Source: Ascidiella aspersa (taxonomy: Eukaryota). Taken from it: a DNA stretch of 64,000 nucleotides. Made by a program: the position numbers and the translations under genes. The notes below the pieces were generated by a model. The model was not told where the DNA came from, searched no databases, and saw only the letters and a list, made by a program, of their open reading frames with translations. Of this stretch, positions 39,201 to 51,888 are shown piece by piece. Numbering within the stretch: position 1 is the stretch's first letter; every line of letters starts with the position of its first letter. Location of the stretch: assembly GCA_963924565.1 (NCBI GenBank), contig OZ004608.1, forward strand, positions 7,750,001 through 7,814,000. Reading direction: 5' to 3'.

Positions 39201-40467
39201 GCGCAACGCCTTTTTCTTCACTTGTAGGTCGGAGTGTTCGTCTTTCACATGAGCAAGAAGACTGAGCGTTTCAAACCGACCGTGATGCGGCAGACGAGCA
39301 CCATGTCGATGCTAGAGAGCAACATGACGCATACCAGGGCAAGTCTGAGAGCGATGATGCTACTATTACCCATCCTGGGGATTCCCTGGTGCCTTATGTT
39401 GCTTCAAAGTAAGCCGGTTGTTTCTTTTGTGCAGATAAAATGATATTTTAACAAGTGGTATATAGTTTAGCAGTATGTTGTAATTATTGCCAGAAGTGTT
39501 GTAAATAATCCCCTGTGGCATTATGTTGCTTCAAAGTAAGCCGGTTGTTTTTCAAAGGAACCAATATTGATATTTTACCAACAATTTGTTATTTATAGCT
39601 TTTAGTCGCGTTGCAATGACTTACAATTAAATCAATGCTTAGGCCTATTCAATTACACTACTTGTTTTCTACCGACTTTTCTTCACCCAAGTTTTTGGGT
39701 AATAACACTAGACTTGAATATTGAACTGCTCTAATTGACTGTATTTTTTTAAATTGTTAGATTTACGTTGTTCAGCTGGACAAAAAGTTTAGTGAAAATA
39801 GTTGGGTCGCCACATCTTGGCTGTTATACTTACGCTAGTATTTTGGTCCCGCATAAAATGGTCGAGAAACACTGTATTAAAGCAACTGGTGTGAATATAC
39901 TAGATAAGAGTCCCAAAATTGTCTCGTAAAAAGTGTCTAATGGAAAGTATCGAAGCTTAGAGCGCGTGAAATTAGATGTTTATGGATGTAAATATCGTCA
40001 CTATAGTCCAGACTTGGGCAAACTGCAGCCCGGGGGCCGGATGCGGCCCACCAAGCAATATAGCCTAATCCGGCCCGCGACTCATTTTCAAGAAAACTTT
40101 TTAGGCAAAAATAAGCCTTAACATTTTTTGATTGATTTCAGAATAAGCTCGTAGAAAGTGTTTATTTGTGTCAAAGTTAATAACGCTGTACATTAGATGT
40201 TTATATATATCGTTAAAGGCGGTACGACACAAAAAAAATACTGAGAACCACTTACTTCCCCAGTTATCTGTCCTTTACTTTCCAGTCACCTCGACCGCTT
40301 ACATGTACGTGAACGTGATCAGCAACGGACTTCAGGGATTCTTCCTTATGGTGATCTACTGCTTTCTCAGCAACGAAGTGAGAGCAGCGATGACCGATCT
40401 CTGCGGCAGGAAGAGAGGACGCTACATCCGCGAGTCCTTGCGGATGTCCACTAGCACCAGCCACTAG
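27293..40467 (+). CDS. Adhesion GPCR 1: signal peptide, C-type lectin-like domain, mucin-like stalk, short GAIN/GPS, 7TM; 12 exons, ~1340 aa
   Basis: Exons 27293-27362, 28442-28558, 28945-29028, 30697-30891, 31265-31405, 31608-33239, 34056-34800, 35394-35520, 36325-36556, 37805-38121, 39228-39408, 40286-40467; phases consistent (exons 2-3 least certain). Motifs: TFQEATASCCQAGGKLA...WQNVECNVPRTFVC; CVSNHTTIFAAML; QINLCLAL, WMLLEG, GWGIP, CWI, LLPILGIPW, NGLQG. Confidence 0.88.
29608..30120. repeat. Tandem repeat, ~62-bp unit, ~8 copies, intronic
   Basis: Unit AAACATGTAGAATTGGGGCGCTTAGGCCCAAACTACATTACGTTGTATTTTTTTTTCTAAAT; central copies near-identical, edge copies degenerate. Confidence 0.9.
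38808..39096. mobile_element. hAT (Charlie-like) MITE
   Basis: TIR CAGTGGTTCTCAAC / GTTGAGAATCACTG; TSD GTTTAAAA / TTTTAAAA. Confidence 0.8.
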
Positions 40468-43426
40468 AAAGAAAGGAGAAGGAGGGGAATAGACAGGAAG
40501 CAGGATGAAGAGGATGAAAGGATTTAGGAGGACGTGATAATGAGAAGGAAAGTGGGTTATCGTGAAAAGCACAAAACCCAACAAAAACAATATCAGTGTT
40601 AACACTCAACGAGTCCTGTCCACTATCTTAATCGACTCGATTTGATCGCTACTCGTATCGCAAACGGGTAAGCCGAGTAAGCTTTGGCTCCAATAAAGTT
40701 TTTTGAAGAAATGCTTAGTTTAAAAGCGGCGGGCTTAAATCTCGAAAAGTCGCCACCAAGTTTGCTTTCCTAACGAAAGGAAAGGGTTACTAGGTGTACC
40801 ATGTACTTGTTAAAAAATTACAACAAAAGGACGTTATTTGCAATTTAGTCATAACCAATATGTTTTATTCGCTTTTTGTATTCTTATTCACAACAATTTT
40901 GCAATTGACTCGTATCCTGTCTTATATAACACGCTAAAGAATCGTTGTGCAATATTCGACTCTAGAAGATGCCTAGCATACAGAATTTATGTTTTTGAAC
41001 AACGAAAAATTAATGATTATATATACGTAAATATTGTGTGCGCTGTGTGTATACGTCGCCTAAAAGACTGGACCTAAGGTGTTATTTTTTTTCTGTTTTT
41101 GCAGTATTTCCAGTATTACCTCGCCATACTGTGGAACCGTTCATATTTGCCGTTGTAGGTACTCTTTGCTTTCATATTGCTTTTTATTCCTCTCTATTGA
41201 TCTACAGAACTAAATATTTCAACCGGGACAGACTGTAATTTGAATCCGGAATAAGACTCTCCTGTATTCCTACAGGAAAAATCACTAGACCTATCAATTC
41301 TATCATATCCGGCGCCGCTGCTAATGGGCCAAATGTTCACAAAACAAATACGTTGATGATGTCTTTGTGCTGCTAATTTTCACCTAAAAATATTTTAGGC
41401 TGACTTGTATCTTTTGCTTTGCACCTGCTCTTCTGGTCGAAATATTTCAAATTCTATACATATGTATAAAACAAACTGTTAATATATCTGCGGCGCGAAT
41501 AAAACTGTGACTTTTCGTTGTCGTCTTATCAAGGAGTTTTGTTTTGAAAACAAAAAAGAAAGCCAAGCCGCTCGTGTGTTTATCGACACTCAATAAACGG
41601 CAAAGCATGAGTTATATTGAATCGAAACGGTGTTTGTGGAAAGATTTGAAAACCTGTCATTTGTTGGACATTTCTCCCTGGAAACATGTAGCTCTTGTCA
41701 TGTGCGCAGAACTATGAAGGCAGGGTTACAATTGGCCTTTCGGGGGTGCTTATAAACCCCCTATAATTTGAGCGATTTCCTGGATTCGGTTTACATGTAA
41801 ACTACCCGAGTGTCGCAAATTGCCGGAAAACGCCTTTCGCGAGCCAGACAGTTTTAGTAAGTTGACACCAGCGAACCGCGCATTTGATACTTGTAATATG
41901 CCTTGCAAACTGCAGCTATAGGGGCGTTATATTTCATAAGCGTTATAGTTGCCTGCATTTAAAGCGGACTCTCAAATGGCACGTTTGTAATTAAAAAGTG
42001 GTTTTGGTTTTAAAAGGGATGTTGTTTTCGTTGCAAATTTAACATAGTTTATAATGAGGAGATGTATTGATTCATTGGCGGTATTGAAACCCTCAGAATA
42101 GCTGTTTTTTAATAAATTACATGGCTTGCAATGATACATCTTGTAACTCATATAGGTGATATTTTCACATCAGATTCACTTTTTGATTGTTAATATAGCA
42201 TACATTAAAAGTGTTGTTATTCACACGTGATATTGTTGTATTTAGCTATAGAGGCAGTTATAAATGGCATGTAATGAAAAAATGTCGTAATTAGTGGGCG
42301 ACAAAATAATTAACAGCTGAAGAGTTTTTTAAAATTTCACATGACGTACCATCGAGTTAAGGCAGCATAGTATAGGTATAATCACAGTTGGGAGTTGTGG
42401 GTTGCGGCTTATCTATAAAATGATATGTATTGTGAGTCATTCTCTATATTGCATACATGGCAAACGGGCTTTACAAATGTCGCGTGGCAGTTTAATGAAG
42501 AGGCGATCTGAATCACGGGTAACGCGAGTTTCAACAACTAAAGGTTGTTGTGGTGTTCTATCTAACTTGCGGAACATGTGGGCGGGTATTGCGCAGAGCA
42601 TACAGTTTTTTCTAAAGTTGAATTAGGGGCAATGCTATTTCAACCACGATAGACCCAAATATTTTTCAATAATTAACTGATCACGGGGAACCCCCGGCAC
42701 GCCTGGGGACTAATTTAAGCCGGGTTGTGGATATGCCCCCCTTCCTGGTAAAGGCCCTGCGAACGTGGTAAAGTCAATGACTAAAATTAATCGATCAAGC
42801 AGCACTGCAGGGCTGCAGCACCGCAAGGCTGTGATACAGCAGTTAGCAAGGCGAGTGCGGGTTCTTTAATATATCGAGAATAGAAATAAGTAGGCCTGGG
42901 TGCCAGAAGAAAAGTTCAGTGCGAGCGTTCGATTAGTTTAAGCTTGTCCATTCGACTCGTTGTGTACATTGGAAGCGTAGATATTTGACATGGAAAAAAT
43001 GTTTTATGTTACATCAAAAGTTAAGTTTACATTAAATCGTGGATTTTGTTGTTTTTTCTTTTTTTTTAATTCGCAAAATATCTATCCATGCTACTTGTGG
43101 AAATTGGTTCAAAAGGGAATTACCTAGCAAAGTTTTTTCCAGTATTATTGTTAAACTCGCCATCTCACAACTGTAGCACTTCTTCGCTATAAGTCTTTAA
43201 AAAAATATTGTACCATATTTGTCGCCCCCCACCCTCGACACAAACGCACAGAGCATAACACACGCAGAAGTGTACACACACTCATAGGCGAACAAGTTCA
43301 CCTTCACACCATAACCTCTATACAGCGCGATATCTGTTAGCAACGACAGAAAAGCTTATGACGGAAATTGCCATCAGCGCCAGCCTGTATTCACGTTTTG
43401 CCATTGCCTCGCGTTACACTTTAGCC

Positions 43427-43559
43427 CAGTGGTTCTCAACCTTTTCAGGATTCGTTCCTCTCTAGTCAAGAGTTGAGCAAAAATCAGTTTCTCTAAATTT
43501 CTCATATATCTCTTGGCACCCTTGAGCTTTAAAAATGGCACCCTGATTGATAACTACTG
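43427..43559. mobile_element. Very short hAT MITE (133 bp)
   Basis: CAGTGGTTCTCAA...TTGATAACTACTG with exact TSD CTTTAGCC on both sides. Confidence 0.8.
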
Positions 43560-44912
43560 CTTTAGCCTTAAATGATCCTAAAAGCATCCTGCGAGTAACA
43601 CGAGGTCGTTTGACAACTACAAGCAAAAGCCCACACAAACGCGACTTTCCACGCAAGGCAAAATTAGTGGGGCTGGCTATTCGTTAATGAGAAGCACGTC
43701 ACTGCTGAGTCTTGCGTTGGTGTGTTTGTTTATGTTTGTAGGCAGTAAATCGGTAATGCAGTTAAGTTGAAAAACGACTTAACGCGATTCGGTAAAACGC
43801 AATATTAAGCCGCGCTTAATTTTATCGCATCATGAAAATAAGAATTTAACCAGGCCCTGACTGTTAAGCATCTCCTAAAGTACATTAGTTCAAAATTTAA
43901 CCTAAAATTTCTCCTTTACCAAATATGAAATCGCATTTTAAATACGTTTTTCTAATCCTATAAATATTGTTTTTTTGTTAAGGCAGCTACAATCCAGCCA
44001 TCGTACTATAAACCTCCGTTTTACTCCTACTTTCCATACGATTGGGCACATTTTCTGTGTCGATGGGAATAAAATTAAATGATATAGTTAAAGCACGGGA
44101 CGTACAGATATGACTGAAAACAAATACACTTAATTTGCAGATATGGTTTATCGTGAAAAACAAATTGCGAAACTGTTGTGCCAAATAAGCTAAAAGTGCG
44201 ATTTTGCAAGAAACTCTAGAGTCTAGACACATGCTTGTTGTGATCTATTGGTTGTCGTACGACAAATATCTGACACCTTTGCTCGAAATATGTATTAACA
44301 AAAAGAAAAAAAAAATGACCTATGTCGGATTTAACGAGTTTCGCGCGTCCCAGAAGCGACCGGATTTCTTTCGAAATGTCGTTTTACTAAATATTTCGTT
44401 TATCTTGAAACATTTTCTCGTGTTTCTACTTCAGTGGGCCCTCCTGCTTCGATTAAGGTTCAGAGGGGTTTTTAAGATGTGTTTTGTACAGAAAATAAAA
44501 AATTAAACGCAGAAGACTTGGTCGCTTGAATAAACTGCAGTTCGGACCCTTAAGCGTGATGAAAAGCATTTCTTCTCACTTACCCAACGAAAACACCGCT
44601 TTACAGACTGTTCATTTGCTGTTGTTTAAAAGAAGTGGTTCTTTCAGCTTTTGCGGCAAAGGCGCTACGACAATAAAAACAGCATTCGCTTCCATATTTA
44701 TTTACGTTATACCTGCACAACGCAAATATCAATTATAACGTCGTTGTTTTGGATACTGTGCATTAGAGTATCGCCTGCTTACCTTGATGACTATTTGTAA
44801 TATAAAAGGATATAGTTTATAGGAATTAGGTAATATTCCAAAATTACCGTTTTTCCTGGTCACTTAAGTATTTCCGAATCACAGTTATGCGAATTAAAGT
44901 AATGGGCTTGGT

Positions 44913-45228
44913 ACAGTGGTTCCCCAACTGGGGTCCGTGGACCCCTGATGTCCGTAAGGTGTTTCAAGTGGTCTGCCAAGCAGCTTTTCTAATTTCTTTG
45001 ACGATTATTTTTTATTGTTTGGAGCACACCATTCTAATTGCTTTTTACCCATTTGATTGCTTATGTACAGTAAGTATACTGTATTTTAGTATAAATATTT
45101 GAATGTCAGAGTAATTTCTGTAGGATTGTAGGGAGATTAAAAAAAAATTGTCCTAAAAATTGATGTTGCACGCTTTTTATTTAAAGAAGCATATAGGGTT
45201 CGCCAGATAAAACTATTGAGAATCACTC
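44913..45228. mobile_element. Degenerate hAT MITE
   Basis: Left end CAGTGGTTCCCCAACTGGGGTCCGTGGACCCC, right end TTGAGAATCACT; TSD not recognisable. Confidence 0.55.
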
Positions 45229-48105
45229 ATTTGACGTTTACATATTTTTATTCGACGCGGCCCGTTGTAGATTTCCGCCTCTTCAGTCACGATCGGATGA
45301 CGATGCACGCCGGCGTGTGACGTCATCGCTACGCGTCGCACTTAAACCGTGACGTAAAGGACGGGGGAGTTTACAGTCGAGCGCAGAGGAATGCGACCCG
45401 TCCTTGTCTTGTTTGATTGCGCCGAAACGCAAGGCCGCCCAAAGCTGTTTTGGCTAAGTGCCGTTAAATGTGCCTTGCAATTTAGGTAAAGGGAAAATTT
45501 ACCCGGCCAAAGCCCTTCTATAATCAGGGCAGAAGTTGATCTGTGGATTTAGACAAAGCAAGGCTTTTCGTAGGGAAATTTACCGCGTCTATAGAGGTTT
45601 GTCCGGCAATGCCTAGCTTTGTTTCAAGTTAGTTGGATACTGGGTGCAGGTTAGCCGTTTTTTTAAAACAATCCAAGGCTTGCCTGGGGAATCAGCGCGT
45701 TCAGAAGTTTGGCCGGCAAATGCTTAGTCTTGTTTTTATTTATTGTATACGGCCGCAGGTTAGCCGTTTTCGGAATTGTTTGGGCCTCATTGCGTACATA
45801 AGAAACAGCGTTCCACAATACAGATCAATGCTGAATGATTTCCTTGAATCCTAGATTAACCGGTGGATGATCTAAAAAGGTCTCACATCTTGTTGTGGTG
45901 TGCGTGTTCCGCTTTAGGCTGGGGATTCCGAAATACCAGGCAGGGTGACCTGATGATTTTCCCGCAAAAGCGAGCGCATCGTTTCTACGCGATAACAAAA
46001 CATGACAAAAACCTGTCGTTTTATCGTCAAAAAGTAGGAATTGCGTTAAACAGAGATAGGCTGGATAGGTGTCATCACTGCGTCTTGCTGAGTTTTTTTT
46101 TCTGAAACTGCTATATAGTTTACAGTCAGAATGATCAAATATCAGAGCAGGTTAGGCGTACGCCGAAAACCAATAGAGATCATAGCTTGGTGTTGTTTAA
46201 TTTAAGAAGTCGTTTCTGTTTGTTATAGCGAAATTCTTGTTTCAATATTCAATTATACAGACTGAAAATCTTTTAAAAGTTTACAGGCACATAAAGATAG
46301 CCTGGTGGTTTCTAAATTATCGAAAGACACATTGTACACGTCGTTGTTGGCTTATGGCCAATACCATCGGAAGGGAAACGAAATTCGATACAGGCCGTCA
46401 CGCATGGCACTGGTTTTTGTCACATATTTCCTTTATTTATATGGCACAATATCAAATTATAGTGAGGTTTCCAGGCATGTTTGGAGATCTATAATGCAGT
46501 GTTTATAACATACTTGTTTTTTTTGCGTGTAAAAATAACAAGTTTCCCTGACACAGACAATTAAATTTCCAGACGCTAAAATAGAATTCTGTCTCACTAT
46601 TTTAGGTAAAAGGGGAGTTCACGTCTTAATACTACCTTATTCCATTTAACATTTCATAATGAAATAGTTGGTAACGGAATCGGAGGTCGTACATTTAGCC
46701 AGAAATATAGTGTATCACTAAGGGAATAAAATATAAAGTATTATAGTTTACACCTTTTTGGGCTCTGAAAAGCTTAGCGAGCGTTTCGGTTGCGAATGAC
46801 GTGGGCGCCATTCCAGCGGCTTCGTAGTTTTCTGGATTTCCTGTAAAGTAACAAAAAAACTGCGCAAAATGTTTGGTAGACCGATGGCGGCCGCGCACCA
46901 CCGACCTTCAACGGGCTTCGATCGACCAAACTTCCTTCAAGTGTCTCACTTTTGCAGGAATCGAAGCCCGTTTACGCGCGCCGCCTTTTGTGGGACTGTT
47001 TATGTTGTGATTAAAATTTTCTGATGCTTGGCCGGCTTCGGCGCGAAGCTTCCAAGCCCAGGAAACCACGCAAGTGTGGGGGTTGGAAGGCAGAGTTACA
47101 ATGATAAAGTCTACAGCCATAGTGTTCCCCATACTAAAAGCTATATTGCAGAAATCTTTGCTCTGGCTGGGCACTAAGGTTTTAAGGCTACACAAAGAGT
47201 CCTGGATAAAATAGAAACTTTGTTAGCTAGTATAAGTTTTAGCAACGTACGAGACAATTTAGATAAGAGATATTTCTTAATCTTAATGAAGGTAGCTAAT
47301 TGAGCCAGCGCGCAAGAAGCTGATTATGCTGTAAAGTGTTGTTGCAGTGCTGTGCATTTCGGCAATTGCCCACGGTCGACGGGAACACTGTGAGGAGTCG
47401 ATAGAGCTTGCGAAGCACGTCAGTAACGGCTAAGTTGTTTAACAAGTAATAAACATATTTTGCAGTTTTATTATTTTTTATGAAACTATTTATATAGTCC
47501 CAGCAGTGTACTTGACAATGAAACAATTATTTTTTTAGCATGCAGAAACTGTTTTTCATTGTAGTGTTACAGGTATGTAGAAACGTCGGCTTCGGGCATT
47601 TGTTATAACCGGTACATTGCACATTGCAAATTAGGAAATAACTGTCTTTCTGCATGGAACATCTTGCACAAGAGAGAAACTAAATATGGTCAAAAGAATT
47701 AGTTATGCCGGAAATATTAGCTATTATGCGCTACTAACACAATTGGTGTAATGTCCACCGGACCAGGGGTCATTAATCTAATGCTCTTTGTTGATAGCCG
47801 TATTCTCTTTTTTTAATCTAAAATTCAGGTGGTACTTTTAACAGCAATTTGTATTATATTATGGACAGTAGTTAACGATAAATTGCGTAACATGACTAAT
47901 ATATTAGTTCCAGGTTTATTTGTTATACGCGACTTCTATTTATATGCGGCTATTTAATTACAGATTAGGGGCATCCGAGTTTGAATCTTACAGTTGCGCA
48001 CGCGTAGTAATAGCCAGGTTCATTTAGCACCATTCGTATATCATAATCGATATAACGCAGTGGTGTTCAAACTATAAATATATATGACACACCGCGGACG
48101 TAGAT

Positions 48106-48333
48106 CAGGGTTTCTCAACCGGGGCCTAGCATACTTTAAGGCCCTGGGGCGGTATTTAGGGTAACGCAGGATTATTTAATTTTAATTAGCAAACTTGTGT
48201 TTTTAGTATGACTTTATAGACATACATAATGACGATTTATGGAGTATTTTTCTGAGACGTGAAAAGGGTCAAAAAGGTTTTTTGAAAGCCATTACAATGA
48301 GGCACATAAATCATAAAGGGTTAAGAACAGCTG
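48106..48333. mobile_element. Degenerate hAT MITE
   Basis: CAGGGTTTCTCAACC...GGTTAAGAACAGCTG; TSD decayed. Confidence 0.5.
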
Positions 48334-49403
48334 GTTTAAAAAAAATAGCGCAAAGGAACACTTTGAAACACCAACGTCAAATTAAAAAAAAAGCATAACG
48401 ATAGGCGTAGCAAAAAGATATGTGAGCTTTCTCCATTTTGATAAGTCTATCAATTGTAAGGCTTTTTAATACTGATAGTTTTGCTTTTTGAGAAACCCCT
48501 TAAACTTTCTAACTAAGCACGCATATTTGGAAACAGATTCCTTTATTCAAACGTTTACTGTGAGTTGTCATCATACAGATGGCAATAATCATAGACAAAA
48601 ACAATGCCTATTTTCCGTCTTAGTTGAGGCTCTGTGATCCAGTCTTGGAACCGTTAGCCTAATATATATTATATTCGTATAGCAAGTTATAGATCTGATG
48701 GATGACAGTCAGTATGTCGAAAAAATACCGTCGCGTAGCAACTTTTTTAACATCGAGCCACCATTTACGCGAGTTCAGTCATCCTGAAATTGCGGCGTGC
48801 CAATTCGGGCGCGTTTCCTTTAGATTGCGCGAATTCGGCGAAACATTCATAAATAGTTGCTCTGTACACACCGCAAAAGTCTCGTTTCGACGATTGTTTT
48901 CAGTTTCGTAGAATTTCACAGAAGAGCGATGTAGCCACGAGGGATAACAACTTAACGTAATAGGTTATATTTGAGTTAAATCTACATGCTACTGTTCCGT
49001 ATGCCTATAAACAGTTTTACCCTACTCGCTGTACTCTACGTTTTATGCCAATTTTTTTTCCTGGTCGGTTTTGTAGGCCTACATTTACATATCAGTATAT
49101 TTGGTCAGACTTTTACAACTTGATCATCCTTCGTGTCTATCACTTTTTTTTTTTCGAATGCGAAATGCCCATAACTCTTATTTGAAATTAATCTGTTTAC
49201 GATTAATCATTTTTTTTAAAGAAAACGAAACTTAATTAAAGCTTTTCAAGGTGTATTTAAAAAAAATAGTTCTGCAATCAAAAGAACGTTAGAAAAAAAT
49301 TGGTAAGATATGCTAATTTGGAATCAAGTATAGAAGGAAGCTATACTAGATTTTTTTGCCTATCAGTCTGTGCTTTTCACGACTGCATAAAATTGAAAAT
49401 CAG

Positions 49404-49623
49404 ATAGTATACAGTTCATGAGAATAGTATACAGTTCATGAGAATAGTATACAGTTCATGAGAATAGAATACAGTTCATGAGAATAGTATACAGTTCATG
49501 AGAATAGTATACAGGTTATGAGAATAGTATACAGTTCATGAGAATAGTATACAGTTCATGAGAATAGTATACAGTTCATGAGAATAGTATACAGTTCATG
49601 AGAATAGTATACAGTTCGTGAGA
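49404..49623. repeat. Minisatellite, 20-bp unit x ~11
   Basis: ATAGTATACAGTTCATGAGA repeated head-to-tail with only a few substitutions and no spacers. Confidence 0.95.
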
Positions 49624-50518
49624 AAATATTCGTGACTGTTTGGGTAGAAAGGCTCCCCCTCCAAAAAAATATCTTTAAATGGTAACAATAAATAGTATCT
49701 TCAAGCAACTATACAGTTGTTTCAAATATGAACAACGCAGTAACCGTCTTCTATGGTTTGTAGCGGTTTCTAAAGCACAGCTTAAAAGACTGGCGGTCAC
49801 GGCAAAGGTGACATCATGTCACAGAGTTTTTGTTTTTGCTTTCGGTTCATCAAGAAAGGAGCAGCTCCCCAGCGTGACCCACGTCCGCCAAAACAAAGGG
49901 TGATTAAAAAACTGACAGAAACGCAGCAAAGAACAAAACCTTATGGTTGCTACTTTACATAATTCGTATGATTCCATTTAAGTAAAGTTTAATACAAATA
50001 ACTGTTTTTTCATTGTCGTTTCAGATGTGTATTTTATTAGTACCGCTACATGATGAAACTCAGGGAAAAATGAACAGTTAATCGTCAATTTTGTGCTGTG
50101 TTTGCTGAATTTTTTTTCTTAGAAGACAAAAAGCAAAATAGATGTAATTAAAAAGTTTAAAGTACTTTTTGCAGGTTTCAAGCGAAACTTAACCTTGTAT
50201 TGTTGAAAATATAACTTTTCTAAATTTTTTTCTAATCAAGATGCAAATTAGTGCGTCGTTTTGCAAATTATTGTGAACTTCCTATATTAATATGGCATCT
50301 GATCAGCTCCGATACCAACCTATAGTATCGGACGAGTACCAATACTACCACTTGGCATCGAGCATTGCTTGCAATCCGATATTATTGGAGATCCCAAGTC
50401 ACAGCGAAGTCATTATGATATCTGCTTTTAATGTCATTATGATATCTGAAAACTATTATTTCATAGTTTCCTTTAATCGTTTTAACAATTCAACATGGTT
50501 ATTAAAAAGAGTCTAGAC

Positions 50519-50883
50519 CAGCGGTTCCCAAACTGGGGTCTGCGGACCAACTGGGGTCCGTACAGCAGTTCCCGAGCAATTAGACTATGTTTTAAAACGT
50601 TATCTGTCGTTATTATTGTCTTTAGTTATGCTTTATTATTCGATCATATAGCGTGTTATATGATGTAGTTTGTGACATCACAAAGCATCTATTATGCTGT
50701 ACTACCTGCTATCAGCGAATCCTTCGCATTAGTTAGAAAGTTGTTATATTAAAAGAATCTCCACTATTGTACTACAAGAAACATGGGTCAACTGACCCTT
50801 GAATTTTTACAGGGCCGCGAAATATTAAAATATTCGTAAATGGTCCACCAGGCAATTTTTTTAGAAAAGTTTGGGAACCGCTG
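50519..50883. mobile_element. hAT (Charlie-like) MITE
   Basis: Perfect TIR CAGCGGTTCCCAAACT / AGTTTGGGAACCGCTG; exact TSD GTCTAGAC, matching the NTCTAGAN preference of Charlie-type hATs. Confidence 0.92.
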
Positions 50884-51888
50884 GTCTAGACAGAGTGTCT
50901 GGCACCCGCCAGCAAAGTTGCCAATTCTCTTGACGTCACCACTTATGTAGCAACGTCATCACGGTTGCATAGTGTAGTATTGTAGTGGAAAAGCCGCACG
51001 CGAGGCGTCGATACTGCCTCCTACTGCGGAAGCTATCGAAAAGCCATTAAGATGTGCTGTTATTTCGGCTACTATAATCAGGCTCGAATCTATAGCGTAA
51101 TTACAGAACCTATACCAAACTGGTGGCGTTAACGTGAAGCCTTATAAGAAGCACTTCCTTTGTGCGCTAAACCCGCGTGCTCTCATTACTGCAGTGACTG
51201 CATAATTCAAGTTGGCACGTCACCCACTGAAAAAGCCCGACTTACGCATGGTAACGTTTACACAGCTTGGCATGCGCGTCTTGCGCTATGACGGTCTTCT
51301 TTTTACTCGGAAGCTTGCCTGGCAGGTTTGCGACATCCTTGCGTATGTTTCCCTGCTGTGTTTTGTTGCTTGTGTACTCAGTAACACGCCAAAATACCAT
51401 GTAAGTGCTTGACAGCTGGAAAACGTGCATTGTTATCGAAACAAGATGTGGTTTGAAATACAAATGCCAAAAATCGTTGCGGTTTGACAGTGGCGGCTCA
51501 TTTTCGGGCTTTTGCTGTTTAATATAAGCTTGTAAGGCAACCGTTTAATCGTATGTTTTGCTTGGTTTTGTCCTGAGTAAGTTATGGGACCGCCGTTGCC
51601 AACTGTTAGTTTGAATAGACAGGAAAGATAGATTTAGTATATGTTCCTACCCTGAGGTTGTGTAAATAGTGGTAAGGTCAGAAAGATATTTGCGAAACCT
51701 CGAGAAGTTCACTCTAGGGGTGCTTTCTGCGTAGGCTTCGGGTTGTAAGATTGGGATCCGACCAATTTATGGTTGTTTTCATTTATTCTAAGACAGATGT
51801 TATACTGCTTGGGCACTTACCTAATGCTTTGTGTATTTTAGCCAAATGTAAGTGATAAATGTCACTTTTAGTTACCGGACGGGCAACC

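Noticed and set aside
45250-47100. GC-rich patches with TGACGTCA (CRE) sites as a hidden gene or RNA
   Set aside because: No credible ORF, splice pattern, tRNA or long stem found. TGACGTCA occurs throughout the window, often in repeats; a regulatory role cannot be supported from sequence alone.
49404-49623. CRISPR-like array
   Set aside because: Head-to-tail 20-mers without unique spacers in eukaryotic DNA; a minisatellite.
51212-51412. Short ORF upstream of aGPCR2
   Set aside because: No recognisable product; the GTAAGT at 51401 suggests at most a 5' UTR exon, unproven.
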